From NCBI RefSeq assembly GCF_001194135.2, contig NC_068984.1, positions 65,247,106 to 65,311,105 of the forward strand: a stretch of DNA of 64,000 bases, given 5' to 3'. Source of the DNA: Octopus bimaculoides (lineage: Eukaryota). Positions 63,516-64,000 of this stretch are shown in pieces. Numbering within the stretch: position 1 is the first letter of the stretch; every line of letters starts with the position of its first letter. The notes under the pieces are model-generated. The model was given only the letters and a program-made list of their open reading frames with translations, was not told the DNA's origin and searched no databases. The translations under genes were made by a program, and so were the position numbers.

Positions 63516-63581
<66 letters not shown>

Positions 63582-63657
63582 GCATATATAAATATATTAT
63601 ATATATTTATATATATTAATATATTGTATATATGAATATTACATAAATATATATTGT

Positions 63658-64000
63658 ATAGCCTGGGCAAAGTTTAGAGAGCTCTTACCCCTGCTGGCGA
63701 CAAAGGGACTCTCACTCAGAGTAAAAGGCAGACTGTATGACGCATGCGTACGAACAACCATGCTACATGGCAGTGAAACATGGGCTGTAACTGCTGAGGA
63801 CATACGTAAGCTCGCAAGGAATGAAGCCAGTATGCTCCGTTGGATGTGTAATGTCAATGTGAATACCCGTCAGAGTGTAAGTATCTTGAGAGAAAAGCTG
63901 AACATTAGAAGCATCAGTTGTGGCGTGCAAGAGAGACGATTGCGCTGGTATGGACATGTGGTGAGAATGGAGGAGGATAGCTGCGTGAAAAAGTGCCACA
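63658..64000 (+). mobile_element. 5'-truncated RTE-clade LINE, C-terminal ORF2, continues beyond window
   Basis: Uninterrupted frame from 63661: AWAKFRELLPLLATKGLSLRVKGRLYDACVRTTMLHGSETWAVTAEDIRKLARNEASMLRWMCNV...ERRLRWYGHVVRMEEDSCVKKCH. Contains the RTE hallmarks LHGSETW and RRLRWYGHV. It begins inside a TA-rich SSR. Confidence 0.95.

Overview
AT-rich, microsatellite-dense eukaryotic DNA with four assembly gaps (14363-14510, 20292-20800, 28749-29678, 34642-35082), each abutting a (TA)n tract on at least one side. The repeat families and SSR spectrum resemble Octopus (coleoid cephalopod) DNA; this is inference, not a database match. No intact gene is present. The supplied ORFs are almost all SSR or N-gap artefacts. 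The window reads as a large intron or intergenic tract containing tRNA-derived SINEs of several families, 3' tails of RTE-type elements, fossil LINE fragments (CR1/L2-like, RTE-X-like, Penelope-like RT), a better-preserved 5'-truncated RTE at the right edge, a fossil hAT transposase and a TTAA-flanked piggyBac-type MITE. Several short + strand exon-like segments cannot be assigned to a protein. The top observation is a ~380-bp insertion (24378-24756) flanked by a perfect 12-bp direct repeat. On the minus strand it joins a tRNA-like Pol III head to a minimal type I hammerhead ribozyme motif of the kind found in Penelope-like termini, and it carries 45-bp inverted ends. It is a candidate Penelope-dependent ribozyme-bearing SINE. 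A 102-nt inverted repeat pair at 86% identity, ~2.2 kb apart, is a candidate dsRNA/ADAR substrate.
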